64,000 nt of DNA from contig KZ538346.1 in the NCBI GenBank assembly GCA_000934665.2, forward strand, positions 1 through 64,000, written 5' to 3'. The notes beneath the pieces were generated by a model, which saw only the letters and a program-made list of their open reading frames with translations, searched no databases and was not told the DNA's origin. Below, one piece after another: positions 50,183 to 63,103 of this stretch. Made by a program: the position numbers and the translations under genes. The DNA comes from Catajapyx aquilonaris (taxonomy: Eukaryota). Numbering within the stretch: the first letter of the stretch is position 1; every line of letters starts with the position of its first letter.

Positions 50183-50509
50183 TTTAAAAAATCTTTGGCT
50201 GGCCTGACTTCTCTTACTCTCTACTTGCAACTCATTATCATTCAGAGATCGCCAAGCCGATATATCGACTTTGTGACTGTTCTATTTTTAGATCAACACC
50301 AAGTACTTCTGGATGAAAATAATGTAGGCATGGTTATTTTTTCTAACAACAGAGGGCAGATGCCCATAGATCAGATTCAGTTTTTCCCATAAGGAATAAT
50401 AGAAAGTGAATTAATCTGTTCCAGACCCTAAACAATGCCCATTTCAATAAACTTAAACAGAAAACACACATAATTTAATGTAAACATGACAAGATTAAAT
50501 GCCATAGAG

Positions 50510-50635
50510 CAGTGGTTCCCAACCTGTGGGGGGATCGTGAAGCGTTTTCTAGGGGGTCGGGGTAATTTTTATTTGCTATAAATTTCATAGGAAATTTCAC
50601 CACGAAGGTTTCTTGATGTTTTAATGTCTACACTA

Positions 50636-50684
<49 letters not shown>

Positions 50685-51086
50685 CCTGTGATACAACACT
50701 TGGTCGTTATAGGGGGGTGGCAGACCACCATACCGTTTTCTAATTGATTTTACTTCGATCACCGGTGCAAGGATTACTAGGAAATAGGATAAGGGTTGGG
50801 GATTTGGGGAGGGGACACATGTGCAGGTGCATTGTCCAGCGGTGGGCCAGGTACAGTCCCCCAGGAGGTCAGGTTGCCAAGATGCCTCCTTAGGCGCGGG
50901 TCACGACCCATTGACGCAAGCGAAAGGTTTGATCTCGGGTGGGGATTTGAACCCGGGACCTTTCGCATAGCAAACCGAGACGTTACCATCTCGGCCACCG
51001 TGCCTCCCCCTTCTACACTACATTAATCTTCTACTAATACTCGTGGGTAAAAGGGGGTTGCAGCCTGAAAAGGTTGGGAACCACTG
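50510..51086. mobile_element. hAT-like MITE carrying a nested family A SINE (50641-51010, -)
   Basis: CAGTGGTTCCCAACC TIRs; SINE flanked by TSD TCTACACTACATTA with a (TAT)n tail. Confidence 0.8.
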
Positions 51087-52183
51087 CCCTAAAGCCTAGA
51101 TAATAAATTAAAACATGAAAATGGCAATTACTGTACAAGTAAGGAGTGATGTCCTGTGTGGCTGGTGGAATGGAGGGTGGGGAGGAAGAGAAAGATTACT
51201 GTTCAAGGGAAAAGGTCACCTTCCATTATACACTATACTGTATAACCAAACCCACTGTTAAGATTTGGGGATATCACACTATGATGTCATTAAGGGATGA
51301 CAACTATTTGTTCACGAGCTGGAAGGAATGAAAGGTATGCTATGTTTATACATGACCTTGTAATGTAAAATGAGAAGTCGCCCGATGGAGCACATGCTCC
51401 AAGGGTCGAAATTAATAATAATAATATATAACCAAACCCACCAACAATAAAGCGATAAAAACACACTGAAAACACACCAGAGTAACGCAAGAAATGCTTT
51501 CACAGCGAGAGATGACTTGGGCGCACAACAGATGGCGTTTACGCAGCAAGCACATTTTTTTCACCTAGAATGCAGTACAGATCAAATTTCTCTCGAAATT
51601 AGTGTTCGAACTCTGGAACATTCGAAGTACGAGGCACCACTATTAGTTTTACAAGTACTATCAGTCTACCTGGCGATTGTCCGCAAATATGCCTTCACTC
51701 TGAATAAACACAATGGTGCAAAAAAAATCAGTACTGCCTACTTAAAGAGGCAATGCAATTGACACTACTGGGCTTACCAATGACACCCATTTTATGACAT
51801 CCATCTTAAAGTCATCAAGTGCAAATACATGTGAAATAAACTACCAATATAGCAGTATGACATCCATTGTCCACCTCCCTTGCTCCTAATACTTTCCACA
51901 TCTGACCAATCTGTCTCAGTCTCACATATCACATATTACGTGGTTGAGCATGTATACTTTCGCCAGATTGGACAACAAGCATTTCAGTTGAGTACAATAT
52001 GGAAAGGTGTGGTATTAATCCAAAAAAGAAGCTACAAGCGTTTCAGTCTGTTAGCAGATATTTGATCTCCTAAAAGTTACTGGTCGCTGAATGCACTTTG
52101 CTCAACTATATTGGAACACACTATGTATAAGCACCTCATATACCTGTAAATCCAAGCTAGGCTGTGTCCCCATTTCAGAGTTA

Positions 52184-52895
52184 TACAAGGTGAACGAAAA
52201 GTCCTGCATCAATGGGTCATCAATCAGTCATTTGCTTTGTAATAGTGTTTTGTCTTCTGGCAGGTGAACCATGTTGACCACTGCCAAGCTTGTGGAACTT
52301 ACTTGCCTTTGTGGATGTGAAGGCTACACCCACAGAGATGTTGCAGTGGAATTTAATCGAAGGTCCCAGAGTATCTTGAGCAGATTGGTTCCAAAATTCA
52401 AGACCACAACAGGGAGTGTAGCGGGTGCACCCTTATCAGGATGCCCCAGCACATCAGCCAAGGTGGAGAAAATGGTCCTTGTGAAGGTGTGTGTGAGCCT
52501 GTAGAAATCCATACATTGATAATAATCATTCAGCACATCCTTAAGAAGCACAAATTTCACCCTTATGATCTTTGGGCTCGCACACACCTTCGCCAGGTCC
52601 ATTTCCTCTATATTGGATGATGTGCTGGGGCGTCCTGATCAGGGCGCATCCCCTACACTCCGTGGTCCTGAATTTTTGGAGCAATTTGCTCACAGTGCCT
52701 TGCACTATATGAGCTCTTGCTCCAAGTACCTTTGATTAAATTCCACTGTAACGTCTCTGTGGGTGTAGCCTTCGCGTCCCCAGAGGAGAGTGAGTTCCAT
52801 GCGCTCGTCAGTGGTCAACATGGTTCATTGCAAAAAGACAAAACACCATTACGAAGCAAACGGTCCCATTGATGCGGAACTTTTCAGCCACCCTG
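52184..52895. mobile_element. Foldback Tc1/mariner derivative made of two inverted 5' ends
   Basis: Both arms carry the transposase N-terminus (MLTT...EFNRR...KFKTTTGSVAGAPLSGCP, HTH plus GRP-like motif). Confidence 0.75.
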
Positions 52896-53239
52896 TCCTA
52901 TGTGCATATGTGGTGCCTTATATTTTCCTTGAACATTAATTGCCCCCAGAAATGAGGCATGGACTGCAAGCACAAACAAGAGTTTGAGCTCACCTTGTTG
53001 AAGGGTTTGAGCTTCTGCCACAGTCAGCTGGTTCCAGACACCCCCCTTTGGTCAGCAGGAGTGGTTGCAAGGCACAGCCCCAGTCACAAAAGAATGAACA
53101 ACTCCCCAACTCCCCAACTCCCCAGTGAAATTGGAGACCTGTTGGAGACAGTCTTGGCATGGTCTTGGCCGGTCTTGGCAGTGGTGTTGGAGCTGGACAC
53201 CAATATCCTAGCGGCGGCGTCGGCAGATTAAATGTCACA

Positions 53240-53747
53240 CTGGAAATGGCGGCAAAATTGTGAAAGCATGCTCAGGGTGGCCGCATTTATGTGACAAGCT
53301 AACTGTGTAATTGTTATAATTGACCTCAAAAGTCATATATTTATCCTCGATATTGTAGTAAAAAATTTTAATTTTTAATTTTTAGCATAGTTCAGCCCAT
53401 CCGCATGGTGGCGCTGGTGGCGCTGAGCATGTCTCGAAAAACAGTGCACAATCGCTTCCCGTCATTTTCAAGATTGTGAACATTACGAATGTGAAGCTCT
53501 GTTGTTGCCGATTACTGCCGAGGTACTTTGCGATCTCCTGTGGTGGGTACTGTACTGCTAGGTGCTAGTCAGTTACGAAATGAACATTAGGTTGTGAATT
53601 TCGCATGCAATGGTCATGTTACAAGACGTACTTTTTGGGGGGGGGGGAGGACTTGTGCGTTATGTAATCACATATACACGTCACTCGAACTCTGTTACCA
53701 CATTGCCTACTTGAGCATCTATAACCCGTACAGGAGAGACAGACAAC
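53240..53747. promoter_or_regulatory. Probable head-to-head promoter region of DHTKD1 (+) and the zinc-finger gene (-)
   Basis: CpG-richer stretch upstream of the DHTKD1 ATG; AAATGGCGGC (YY1-like) at ~53244; candidate minus-strand exon ending in CAAG|GTGAGC near 52994. Confidence 0.4.
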
Positions 53748-56700
53748 ATGCAGTGCAACAGACCAGGGACTTGGGCATGGATGATGCGGTGCAGGGGAGT
53801 GAGCAGGCAAGCCAGCAGGGTCAGTATACAGCAAGCAATTACTAGCCACCATAGGAATTATCACAGCAGAAGTAGAGAAGTGTTTGGATTCAGGCCCAAA
53901 TCTTCAAAACAGGATCAGTACATGTGTGAGTATGCAAACCTTGTGTTATTTGCCGATATGGCTTCATAAGATAACAGTAATAATAATGTGCTCTGACAAG
54001 TCTGCATTATTTGCAGTATTGGTAAGCATGAGCCCCATTGACACTCGAGGAGTGTAATAAAATATTTCAGTTATCAGATTTGAATTTAATTGTTATTATA
54101 ATATTTGTTAGTCAGTAAAGGCATGAGAAAAATGTTGAGATTTGGTATAAATTTATGATTCTTCTAATTAAACTTTTATAAATGAAAAGTTTAATTCATT
54201 AAAAAGATGAACTTATCCAGCCTGCCGTTCTGTTAATGCTAATTTATCTATTACATGATGACAGTCAATTGTTATCTTTATTTCAAAGGTGTCTGCATAT
54301 TTTAAAACCAGACTCAGAAGCAACTCTGTTCAATGTAAGGGTTATGGGATTATTGTACATATTTATTTATTTATTATTTATTTATTTATTTATTTTACCC
54401 CATTATGGAGCAGAGCTCCTGTAGGGGGACACACCTTAACCATTACACATGGACATGTATCTACTTACATAGCAAAAAAAGTTATGAATATCAAAAATAA
54501 ACTGCTTTGTGGGCTCTGCATACAGTAAGTGCATCTGGTTCGGTGGGCAACGTGGAACATCTTCCAAATAGTTCATACGTGGGGTATGAAAAATGGGGCA
54601 TTCAAATAACAAATGATGGTAGGTAAAGTCTAGACCCATATTGCACCAATCACACACCTGCTCAGGGGGAAATTATTGTACATATCAAATGTATACACTT
54701 GTTTTTAATTTTTTACCCCATGGTAGAGTTGTGCTCTTTTGGGGGGAATATACACTTGTATAGCTACACTTGTTGCAACCGGCGAAAATGCATATCCTAA
54801 GTTCACATCACCCACCACAATGACCACATGTTTTGGTGAAACGGCAGATGTGTCGGTGGAACAATGTGTCTGTACAAGAAAATTGGTTCCGGCAAGTATC
54901 CAAAAACCGTGTAAGGAGAAAGGGCGAATATCCCAGGTGCTAAGGGACGAAGGCCCAAACTTTTCTTTGTGATAAAGTGTGAAACTCGGTACTCTCGTTC
55001 TTTGGACACTTTGGAGCATATTTGGACGTGGGGCCATGCTGGGTGGCCCAGCTGGAGGTCACTTTCACAGGGTTGCCATATTGAACAGGGGCAGCGATTG
55101 CAGCTTACCTTTACATGAATAAGGACCTTGCATTCAGTGATATAAACATGAAACTCGCTACAATATATTGGTCTTTGCACACTTCTGAACATGTCAGATT
55201 TGGGGCCATGATTACCGACCCCAATGGAGGGCACTATCGCAGGGTTGCCATATAATAATAATAATAATAATATAATAATAATTCATACCCAGTTATCAGC
55301 CGGTGGCTCTTTAGGCAGGGAGTTCATCCAAATTTTGTTTTGACTGGAACTCTTTGCTTTCATTTTTACTTTGCTTTTTGGGATAGGATAGGGACAGAAG
55401 GAAGAGGCTGTGGCCTAATTATTTATGAAGCAATCCTGGAATTCTCCTGGGGGGACCATGGGAAACCACAGAAAACCGCGGTTAGGATTGCCGGCCCCGG
55501 GACTCGAACCAAGGACCTCCCGATTAGCAGTCGAACACCTTATCCACTCCACCAAACTGCTTCAGTGCAGGGTTGCCATATCTAACAGACTATGAAACAT
55601 GCGTTTCTTATGAATAGTGAGCTTCCATTCGGTGATAAAGATGTGAAACTCGGTACACTAGTTCTATGGACACATATGAAGATATTTGGATGTGGGGCCA
55701 CGATGTCCGACCCTGCATGCTGGGGGTCTCTATCACAGGGTTGCCATACTAACAGACTGTGCAACATGCGTTTCTATTTGGATAGTGAGCTTGCATTCGG
55801 TGATAAAGACATGAAACTTGGTACACTAGATATTTAGAGCCTTCTAAACATATGTGGACGTGTGGGGAGGGCATGGGGCCACGTGCCCCCCCCNGCGGGG
55901 AACCCTCCTTTTGACATTATATCTATGGGGAGGAGCTTCAACTTCAAGATTATTTTTGATGGTTAATACCGGGTGTAGTACATGATATGTAAGAAATATT
56001 TTTCCCTCTATTTGGGAACCTTTTTGCCACCAATGCCCCCCCCCCCCCCCCCCCCCCAGAAAAAATTCCTGGATCCGCCACTGCTGCTGGAGCTCCCTAT
56101 TCAAATATAAACGTGTTTCCCAGTTTGTTAACCTGTTGAGGACCAGGTTTTTTTGTTGCTATTTGGTTGTTGTTTTTCTTTTTTCGATGTAGAAGTGACA
56201 TTAATGTATAACAACTTCGCGCCAGAATTAATCATTTTAATTCGTGGTGGTCCTTTTGAATGTAAAATTATGGAAAAAATTCATTACAGGGTGTCCCAGA
56301 AATATTTTTTAAATGATCGTCTGGCTCTCAGAACGTCGATAGGCCTACCGAGTTTACATAGTCACTATACACTGTTATTATGGTTGCATAATATTACCAC
56401 AACACTGTACTATGAGAAACTCTCAAGGGTCCAATTTTACGTGACGCCTTGTACTCAGGGCGTTTGTTTACATGAAAGATGACGCGGCAGCTGCGTGTCC
56501 TTGGCATGTTCGACTCAGCTTGGCTCCCGCCCAGTGCATTGTGGGAGCGTCATGGTAGTTTAGCCACCATCCAAGAGATGCCAGGAGTATATTGAACTGA
56601 ATTTGGAACCGCAAAGTTCGAATTCTCTGTGCATGTTTGAGCGCGCCAAATTCAAACATCCGCAGACCCTCATATGAGGCTCGTGGTCTTCAACAGGTTA

Positions 56701-59700
56701 AATATGGTAACCCTACAAAAGTGATTATCAGCAGGGTCGGTAATCGTGGCCCCCGCGTCCAGATATGTTCAGAAGTGTCCAAAGACTAATCGTGGCGAGT
56801 TTCATGTCCTTGTCACAGAATTCAAGCTCACTATTTGAATAAAAATGCCTGTTGCACAGCCTGTTGGATTTCGCAACCTCGTGAGTGACTCACAGCGGGG
56901 TTATCCATCGTGGCCTCACTTCCAGACATATTCATAAATCATAAGTGTCCAAAGACCAATTGTCGCGAATTCACCACCAATGCGACACTACACCCGACCC
57001 CAATATGGTACAAAATGAGCAATCCGTTGAGCTAAGGTCAACCCCTTCCTCTTCCCCGACATTTTAACACTGGACTCAACCATGTGAAGGCACGAGGGCA
57101 CCTACCAATTTCCCAGTCGCAATCTTCTTTGCACCCCAACAAGCCGGTTTTCCAACCAGAAATTGTCCCCCTTTCCTCAAAAATATATTCCAAGGCCACA
57201 GCCAATAGCAATTCCAGAAATTACTAGACACACGTGGTCCAAAAAGGGTTACTCAGAGGCCACCCGGAATTGCCGATAGTGAACCCGGCTGTAGTTTCTA
57301 TTTTTGTGACTCGCAGGAGATAATGCAAACCTTTTGATTTCCGTTATGAACAGTGATTTTCTCTGAAGGGAGCCAAAAATCCCTTCCGTTTCCGTGTTGG
57401 ACAGGTTCCGTTATATCCGTCAAAAAATACATTGCATGCCCTATGCATATTCCCATTCCCGGAAAAATTCTGTAATGGATAGGTTTCCCCTATATCCCAG
57501 TTTCGTTATGGCCAGGTTTCACTGAATTAGCTCTCCTGTAAAATTTATAAAATGGTCTATTCGCCCTTTCTCCTTAATGCCGACGATATGCAAGTTGCAG
57601 TAACACTATTCGTGATGCCTGTTTCTCATGTACTGATCCTTTAAAAAACTAGCTTGTTAGAGGTGTTTTTAGGTAGTACATAATTATCATTGGATACAGA
57701 GAAAACCCTCTAAGTCCTATTTTGGCAGATTTGAGTCATTTACACCAGGGGCTCTCAAACTGTGGTACTTCAAGCCATGTCAAGTGGTACTCATGTGGCC
57801 TGTGCATGTGACTTTGCAGTAGTTTTACCAGTTTATACGCCTTGCGCTTTTTTAAAACTATTCTTTAACTAGTTTTATATCACTTTAACCTCATAATTAC
57901 AGTCATTACAGTGATTATAGTGACATTTTCTTCAAAACAACACGGGTGTAAATTAACCATTCATTGACAGTGGTACTTCAGTTTACTGATCCTCACGGAG
58001 TGGTACTTGTTCAAAAAAGTTTGAGAACCACTGATTTACACCACTAAAGGCGGGTTGCACCAGAGTAAAGGTACGTTTACATGTGAGCGATTTGACGAGC
58101 GAAATCATCACCGAGGCTGAAATTAACAATCGATTTTTCCCTCAAACAATATTGTTTACTTGGGTTACGTAGCCTAGGCGAATATTTCGCTCGTCAAATC
58201 TCTCACATGTAAACGCACCTTAAGATGCACATTCAGGTATGGGACTACCATACCCTTGTTATTAATTGAGGGGGTGAAAATCAAAAACCGACAGCTCCAT
58301 CATAAACGTAACGGAGAAAAAAACGAGAAAAACCTACAGTTTCGCCGTATATGTCAACGTAGATACCTGAATGTAGCGGCTATTCCCATGTAGGCCTACA
58401 TATGTAGGGTTTTTGATACCATATTCAGGTATTATGTAGTCCATGGCATGAGGAATGCATTTCCGGCGCTAACTCATTTTTTAAATTTTCAGGAGCTGTC
58501 GGTTTTTGATTTTCACCCCCTCAATTGTTAGTTCATTGTTTCCACCAATTAATAACAAGGATAGTCCCATACCTGAACCTGCATCTTACTCTGGTGCAAC
58601 CTGCCCTGAAGGTCAGCTGCATGAACTTAGTTAAGGGTAACTATGTAGTTAGTCTATTTATGCAAACAAGAGCAAACAGCATAGTTAACCTTAACTCATG
58701 TTCATACAACTGGCTCCCAGTAGCATTTTTTCTGCTGCATTGCCTGTATTGCCCAGTAAAGTTCATTTAGTCCTAACGATTGATAATGAGCCAGCATGTC
58801 AGGATTTACTGTCTTCACTAGCATGTAAACAAGTGCAAGGTCAAATATTTGCTTAGGATTATCTATATAAAAAAATCTTCGTTGATTTCTCCTCCATGCC
58901 CATGATATCATCTCTGGTAATTATTTCTTTTGTTGGCAATAATTGGACAGTAATGTACAATTCCATCTTCCAACCATGACATTAAAAAGAGGTCATGTGT
59001 TATATGCACAAGTAGCCAAGATTTTTCCGTGACAGACTGGCTCAGTAGTTTTAATATTTTTTGGTATGACATCGTTTTGTCATCTTTTAATTGTGTGTTT
59101 AATTGTGTTAATTGTGTTTTGAAATTTGTTGAAATTTTTGACTTTCACTCTGCAGATCCAGAAGAGTCATTGAGAGCTCAACAACAGCAAAGTTGCTTTT
59201 ACCGTTTAGTCACTGCCTTCAGGGAACATGGCCACAAAGCTGCCAATATTAACCCCATTTCCATTGATGATGTTGCGTAAGTGACCTTTACGCTTGTGCT
59301 TGATGAACCAGGCATGCTCACTTTGATGAGTGCATGGTCATGCCTGCTAGTTTCCTTGTTATTATTCTATTGGTGTGTGTTCCAGATGTGTGCCTGAATT
59401 AAATCCAACTCGCTACGGGTTAGGTATGAGTGACAGAGTGAAATTCAATGGCCTGTTGCACTTTGAAGAGAAGGAAGGTTCCTTAGAAAATGCTTTGGAG
59501 TTGCTAAAAAAATGCTACTGTGGACCACTGTCTGCAGAATTTCACCACTTGGAAGTTTGTAGAATTTTATATCATCAACGGTTTGTGAGGATGCTAAAAT
59601 TCACTTTACTGATACAGGTCGAAGAGGAGAGGGAATGGTTCTGCCAAAGAATGGAAAAGTCTGTGCAAGAATCACTGAGTCCAGAGGAGCGGAAGTCTCT

Positions 59701-60192
59701 GGCAATAGAAATGTTAAAGTCTCAAGCATTTGACAATTTTGTGGCTACCAAGTTTGCCACAGTGAAAAGATATGGAGGGGAAGGAGCAGAGAGCATGATG
59801 GGCTTCTTTACTGAATTGTTTCAACGTTCTGCTCATGGTGACTCCCCATCTCATGACAGCATTTCCAATTCATCAACAATTTAACTTTGTTGCAGATGGC
59901 ATTAGAGAGATTCTGATTGGAATGCCTCACAGAGGCAGGCTAAACCTACTGACTGGCCTATTGAAGTTTCCTCCTGTTCTCATGTTTCGCAAAATGAAAG
60001 GAATGTCTGAGTTTCCAGAAGATATGGGTTCCATTGGCGATGTCTTGTCTCATTTATGTGAGTCTCCATATTGATGTTTGGCACATGTAACATTATCAGT
60101 AATTCAATATTTTGGCAGGTTCATCAGTGGATTTGGATATTGAGGGAAAGACATTACATGTTACCATGTCCCCGACACCATCCCACCTTGAG
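53748..60192 (+). CDS. DHTKD1: 2-oxoadipate dehydrogenase E1 (DHTKD1), 5' portion; exons 53748-53925, 59156-59276, 59386-59554, 59618-59837, 59896-60057, 60119-60192; continues beyond the window
   Basis: Arg-rich presequence then [76 protein letters not shown]. Junction phases consistent. Confidence 0.92.
54960..56970. repeat. Array of ~110-165-bp imperfect units, with inverted units at 56700-56970, interrupted by SINE and MITE insertions
   Basis: Recurring GATAAA...TGAAACTCGGTAC...GGGGCCA...AGGGTTGCCATA at ~54970, 55140, 55632, 55800. Confidence 0.6.
56128..56701. mobile_element. TTAA-type TIR element; ~250-bp inverted partial copy at 60414-60664
   Basis: TAACCTGTTGAGGACC / GGTCTTCAACAGGTTAA termini; the two copies give near-identical spurious ORFs on opposite strands. 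Confidence 0.75.
57746..58033. mobile_element. hAT-like MITE
   Basis: CAGGGGCTCTCAAACT / AGTTTGAGAACCACTG; perfect 8-bp TSD ATTTACAC. Confidence 0.8.
58048..58607. mobile_element. Nested MITE cluster: outer element plus inserts at 58069-58220 (TAA TSD) and 58268-58522 (AATT TSD)
   Basis: Three pairs of TIRs readable directly. Confidence 0.75.
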
Positions 60193-62346
60193 GTAATGTA
60201 TAAAAGAATGCATAATTTTTGCTAGACATTTGTTGTTCACAGTTCTAAAGGAAGTGATATACAATACATGCATTATAATTAATAATTCTTAGGGAGAATT
60301 TGTATCAAGAGAAAGGACTTGACTTCCATAGTAATGGTTTAGTTTAAAGCATCTGAAACTACAAGTATGATATGGAAACTATGACCTCCCTTTTGTGCAG
60401 CAGGCACTAATATTTAACCTGTTGAGGGCCACGCGCCTCATATGAGGGTGTGCGGATGTTTGAATTTGACGCGCTCAAATATGCACAGAGAATTCGAACT
60501 TTGCGGTTCCAAATTCGGTTCAATATACTCCTGGTATCTCTTGGATGGTGGCTAAACTACCATGACCCTCCCACAATGCACTGGGCGGGAGCCAAGCTGA
60601 GTCGAACATGCCAAGGACACGCGACTGCAGCGTCATCTTTCATGTAAACAAACGCCCTGAGTACCAGTGGCGGATCCAGAAAGGTTTTTTTTTTTTTTGG
60701 GGGGGGGGGGGGGGGGNGGGGGGGGGTGTGAACAGGGCCCACCGCGGGCGAATTTTTTTTGGGGTTCGAGGTCACAACCCTTCCTTGCGACCCCAACTTT
60801 GGGGTCGCGACCGCAAAATGGAAAAGAACCCATAGAACAGTGCAATCTTGCACCACTCGCTAATGAATTTGTCCCACTCGCTACTTTACCCGTCATTTCT
60901 TTAATAACTTTAACACGAATGAAGATATCAAAACGAAATTTGAACTGAACTGGCCTCATTATGTGAGAAAGGAAATGGTATCACAACATGGGGTTGAAAT
61001 GGCCACCATTTGCATCCAGGCAGACGTAAACCTGACGTTTCATATATGGAAGGTTCAGGCTAACATGTCCTGAGGCACTACCTGAATTTCTGGGATGGTG
61101 CTTTCTTTCAAGGGGTCAATGGTTCGTGGTTTGTTTCAGTACATATGACACACATCACATGTCGCCATGGCCAAAATTCAGTCCTTTTTTGGTGACCGAG
61201 TCATTTCATAGGGACTTTTGGTCACCATGGTAGCCCGATCTTGTGCCACCTGATTACTTCTTATGAACCTTTCTGAAAAGGTGAGTGTATCAAATCAAAC
61301 AAACCACACTCCATCAACAACTTTAAAGAAATCTGCATCCAAGAAATTCAAGCAGTATCTCAGGACATGCTAGCCAGGACCTTCCAAAATGCCAAAATGT
61401 GGAGTGTCATGTTCAGGCCTGCCTGGACGCAATTGGTAGCCATTTCAACCACATGTTGTGACGCCGTTTCTTTTCTCACATAATGAGGTTAGTTCAGTTC
61501 AAATTTCTTTGCTATACCTTCGTTCATGTTAAAGTCATTAACCCAGATATGCCTGAAAGATTTTTTGTTTAAATTTTGGTTTTTGTTTGATTTTATTAGT
61601 TCATGATAGTCCCCATAACAACAAAAATGATAAAAAAAATTATGGAATGCTAGATTGTAAGAAAAGTGTCGTCTCCTATAGGGGACACTTGGCAAATGTA
61701 ACATCTAGTATGGCTATACTGTATATATACAAGGAAAACGTAAGATATAGGCTGCTGTATTGAAATAAAGATGAAAGTGTTTTTTTAATTAATTGAAAAA
61801 ATTAGAGAAGGAATGTTATAGCTAAGACCCAATGTCCTATATATAGGACATCTAAATTTGCAATAAGTGATTGCAACAAAAATATGAAATATTCTGAAAA
61901 ATGGCTTCTACACCTCCACTCCGTTTATATCAGCCATCGGCTCTTTAGGGGGGAAGTTTGTTTTGGCTGGAACTCTTTGCTTTCATTTTACTATGCTCAT
62001 TGGGATAGGATAGGGATGGAAGGAAGCGGCTGTGGCCTATTAATTACGGAAGCAACTCCGGAATTTCCCTGGAAGGACCGTGGGAAACCACAGAAAACCA
62101 CGGTCAGAGTTGCCGGCCCCAGGATTCGAACCCAGGACCTCCCGATTAGCAGTCGGACGCCTTATCCACTATGCCAACCTGCTTCGGTTACTACACCTCC
62201 ACTACAGAAGGTTCTTTCAAAGTATTACTAAATAATTGCACAAATGGCTTCTCGGGTCTCAGGAGGGTATAGCGGAAACTTGCTCATTGCGGAATTTTAG
62301 AGTCACTTGCTATTCAGATATGTACAGGTTTTGCTGTATATAAATA

Positions 62347-63103
62347 TACAGTGAACCCTGTCCACAATGGACCCTGTGTATAATGGAAACTTGCCTATTT
62401 CGGATTTTTTCACGGTAACTGTCGTATGAAAATTACACAATTTTCGCTATATTCGACGCGGAAATCGTGTACTTTCCATACGCCCGTTACCAGAAAAATT
62501 CCCCAATAGGCAAGTTTCGGTTACGTTCAGGGTCCGTTATGGACAGGATTCACGTCTAGATATATATGTAGTGAAACCTGTCCATAACGTACCCGGAGCG
62601 TTACAAAAACTTGTCCACTGCGAAATTTTTCCGGGAACGGGCGTATGTATAGGACATAAATACCGTGTCGAATATAGCGGAAACGGCTGATATACCGTAC
62701 TATGTATATCCGACATCGTTAAATGGTTCGCGCGCGATCCGCAACAACAGCGCCACTTTTTTCCTCCGCCACTCTCTGCCCACAATGCTTTGCGCAGTTG
62801 CAGCGTTCACTTCCACTCTTTCCCGTTTGGTGCTGATAACTAGGAAAATCGTAATTTTCAGCGGAAACTTGTCAATTACGATTTTCTAGGGCACCGTGCT
62901 ATTCTGCTATACACAGGTTTCACCAGTGGCAGATCTAGACGTCGTTGGTGGGGGGGGGGGGGTGATTTGTCGCCACGCTCCCNNNNNNNNNNNNNNNNNN
63001 NNNNNNNNNNNNNNNNNNNNNNNNNNNNNNNCTGGGGGGGGGGGGGGGGGGGGGGTGATCACCCCGATCACCCCCCCATAGATCCGCCACTGGGCTTCAC
63101 TGT
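62347..63103. mobile_element. Cluster of pogo/Tigger-like MITEs with a nested CAGTGGC..GATC element (62923-63092)
   Basis: TACAGTGAACCCTGTCCA / TAGTGAAACCTGTCCA termini and inverted counterparts. Confidence 0.55.

Noticed and set aside
51728..51820. C/D-box snoRNA-like TGATGA...CTGA on minus strand
   Set aside because: No terminal stem and no recognisable rRNA guide.
56468..60647. Duplicated ~64-aa ORFs (MFEF...[14 protein letters not shown])
   Set aside because: Both lie in copies of one TIR element; no protein family recognised.
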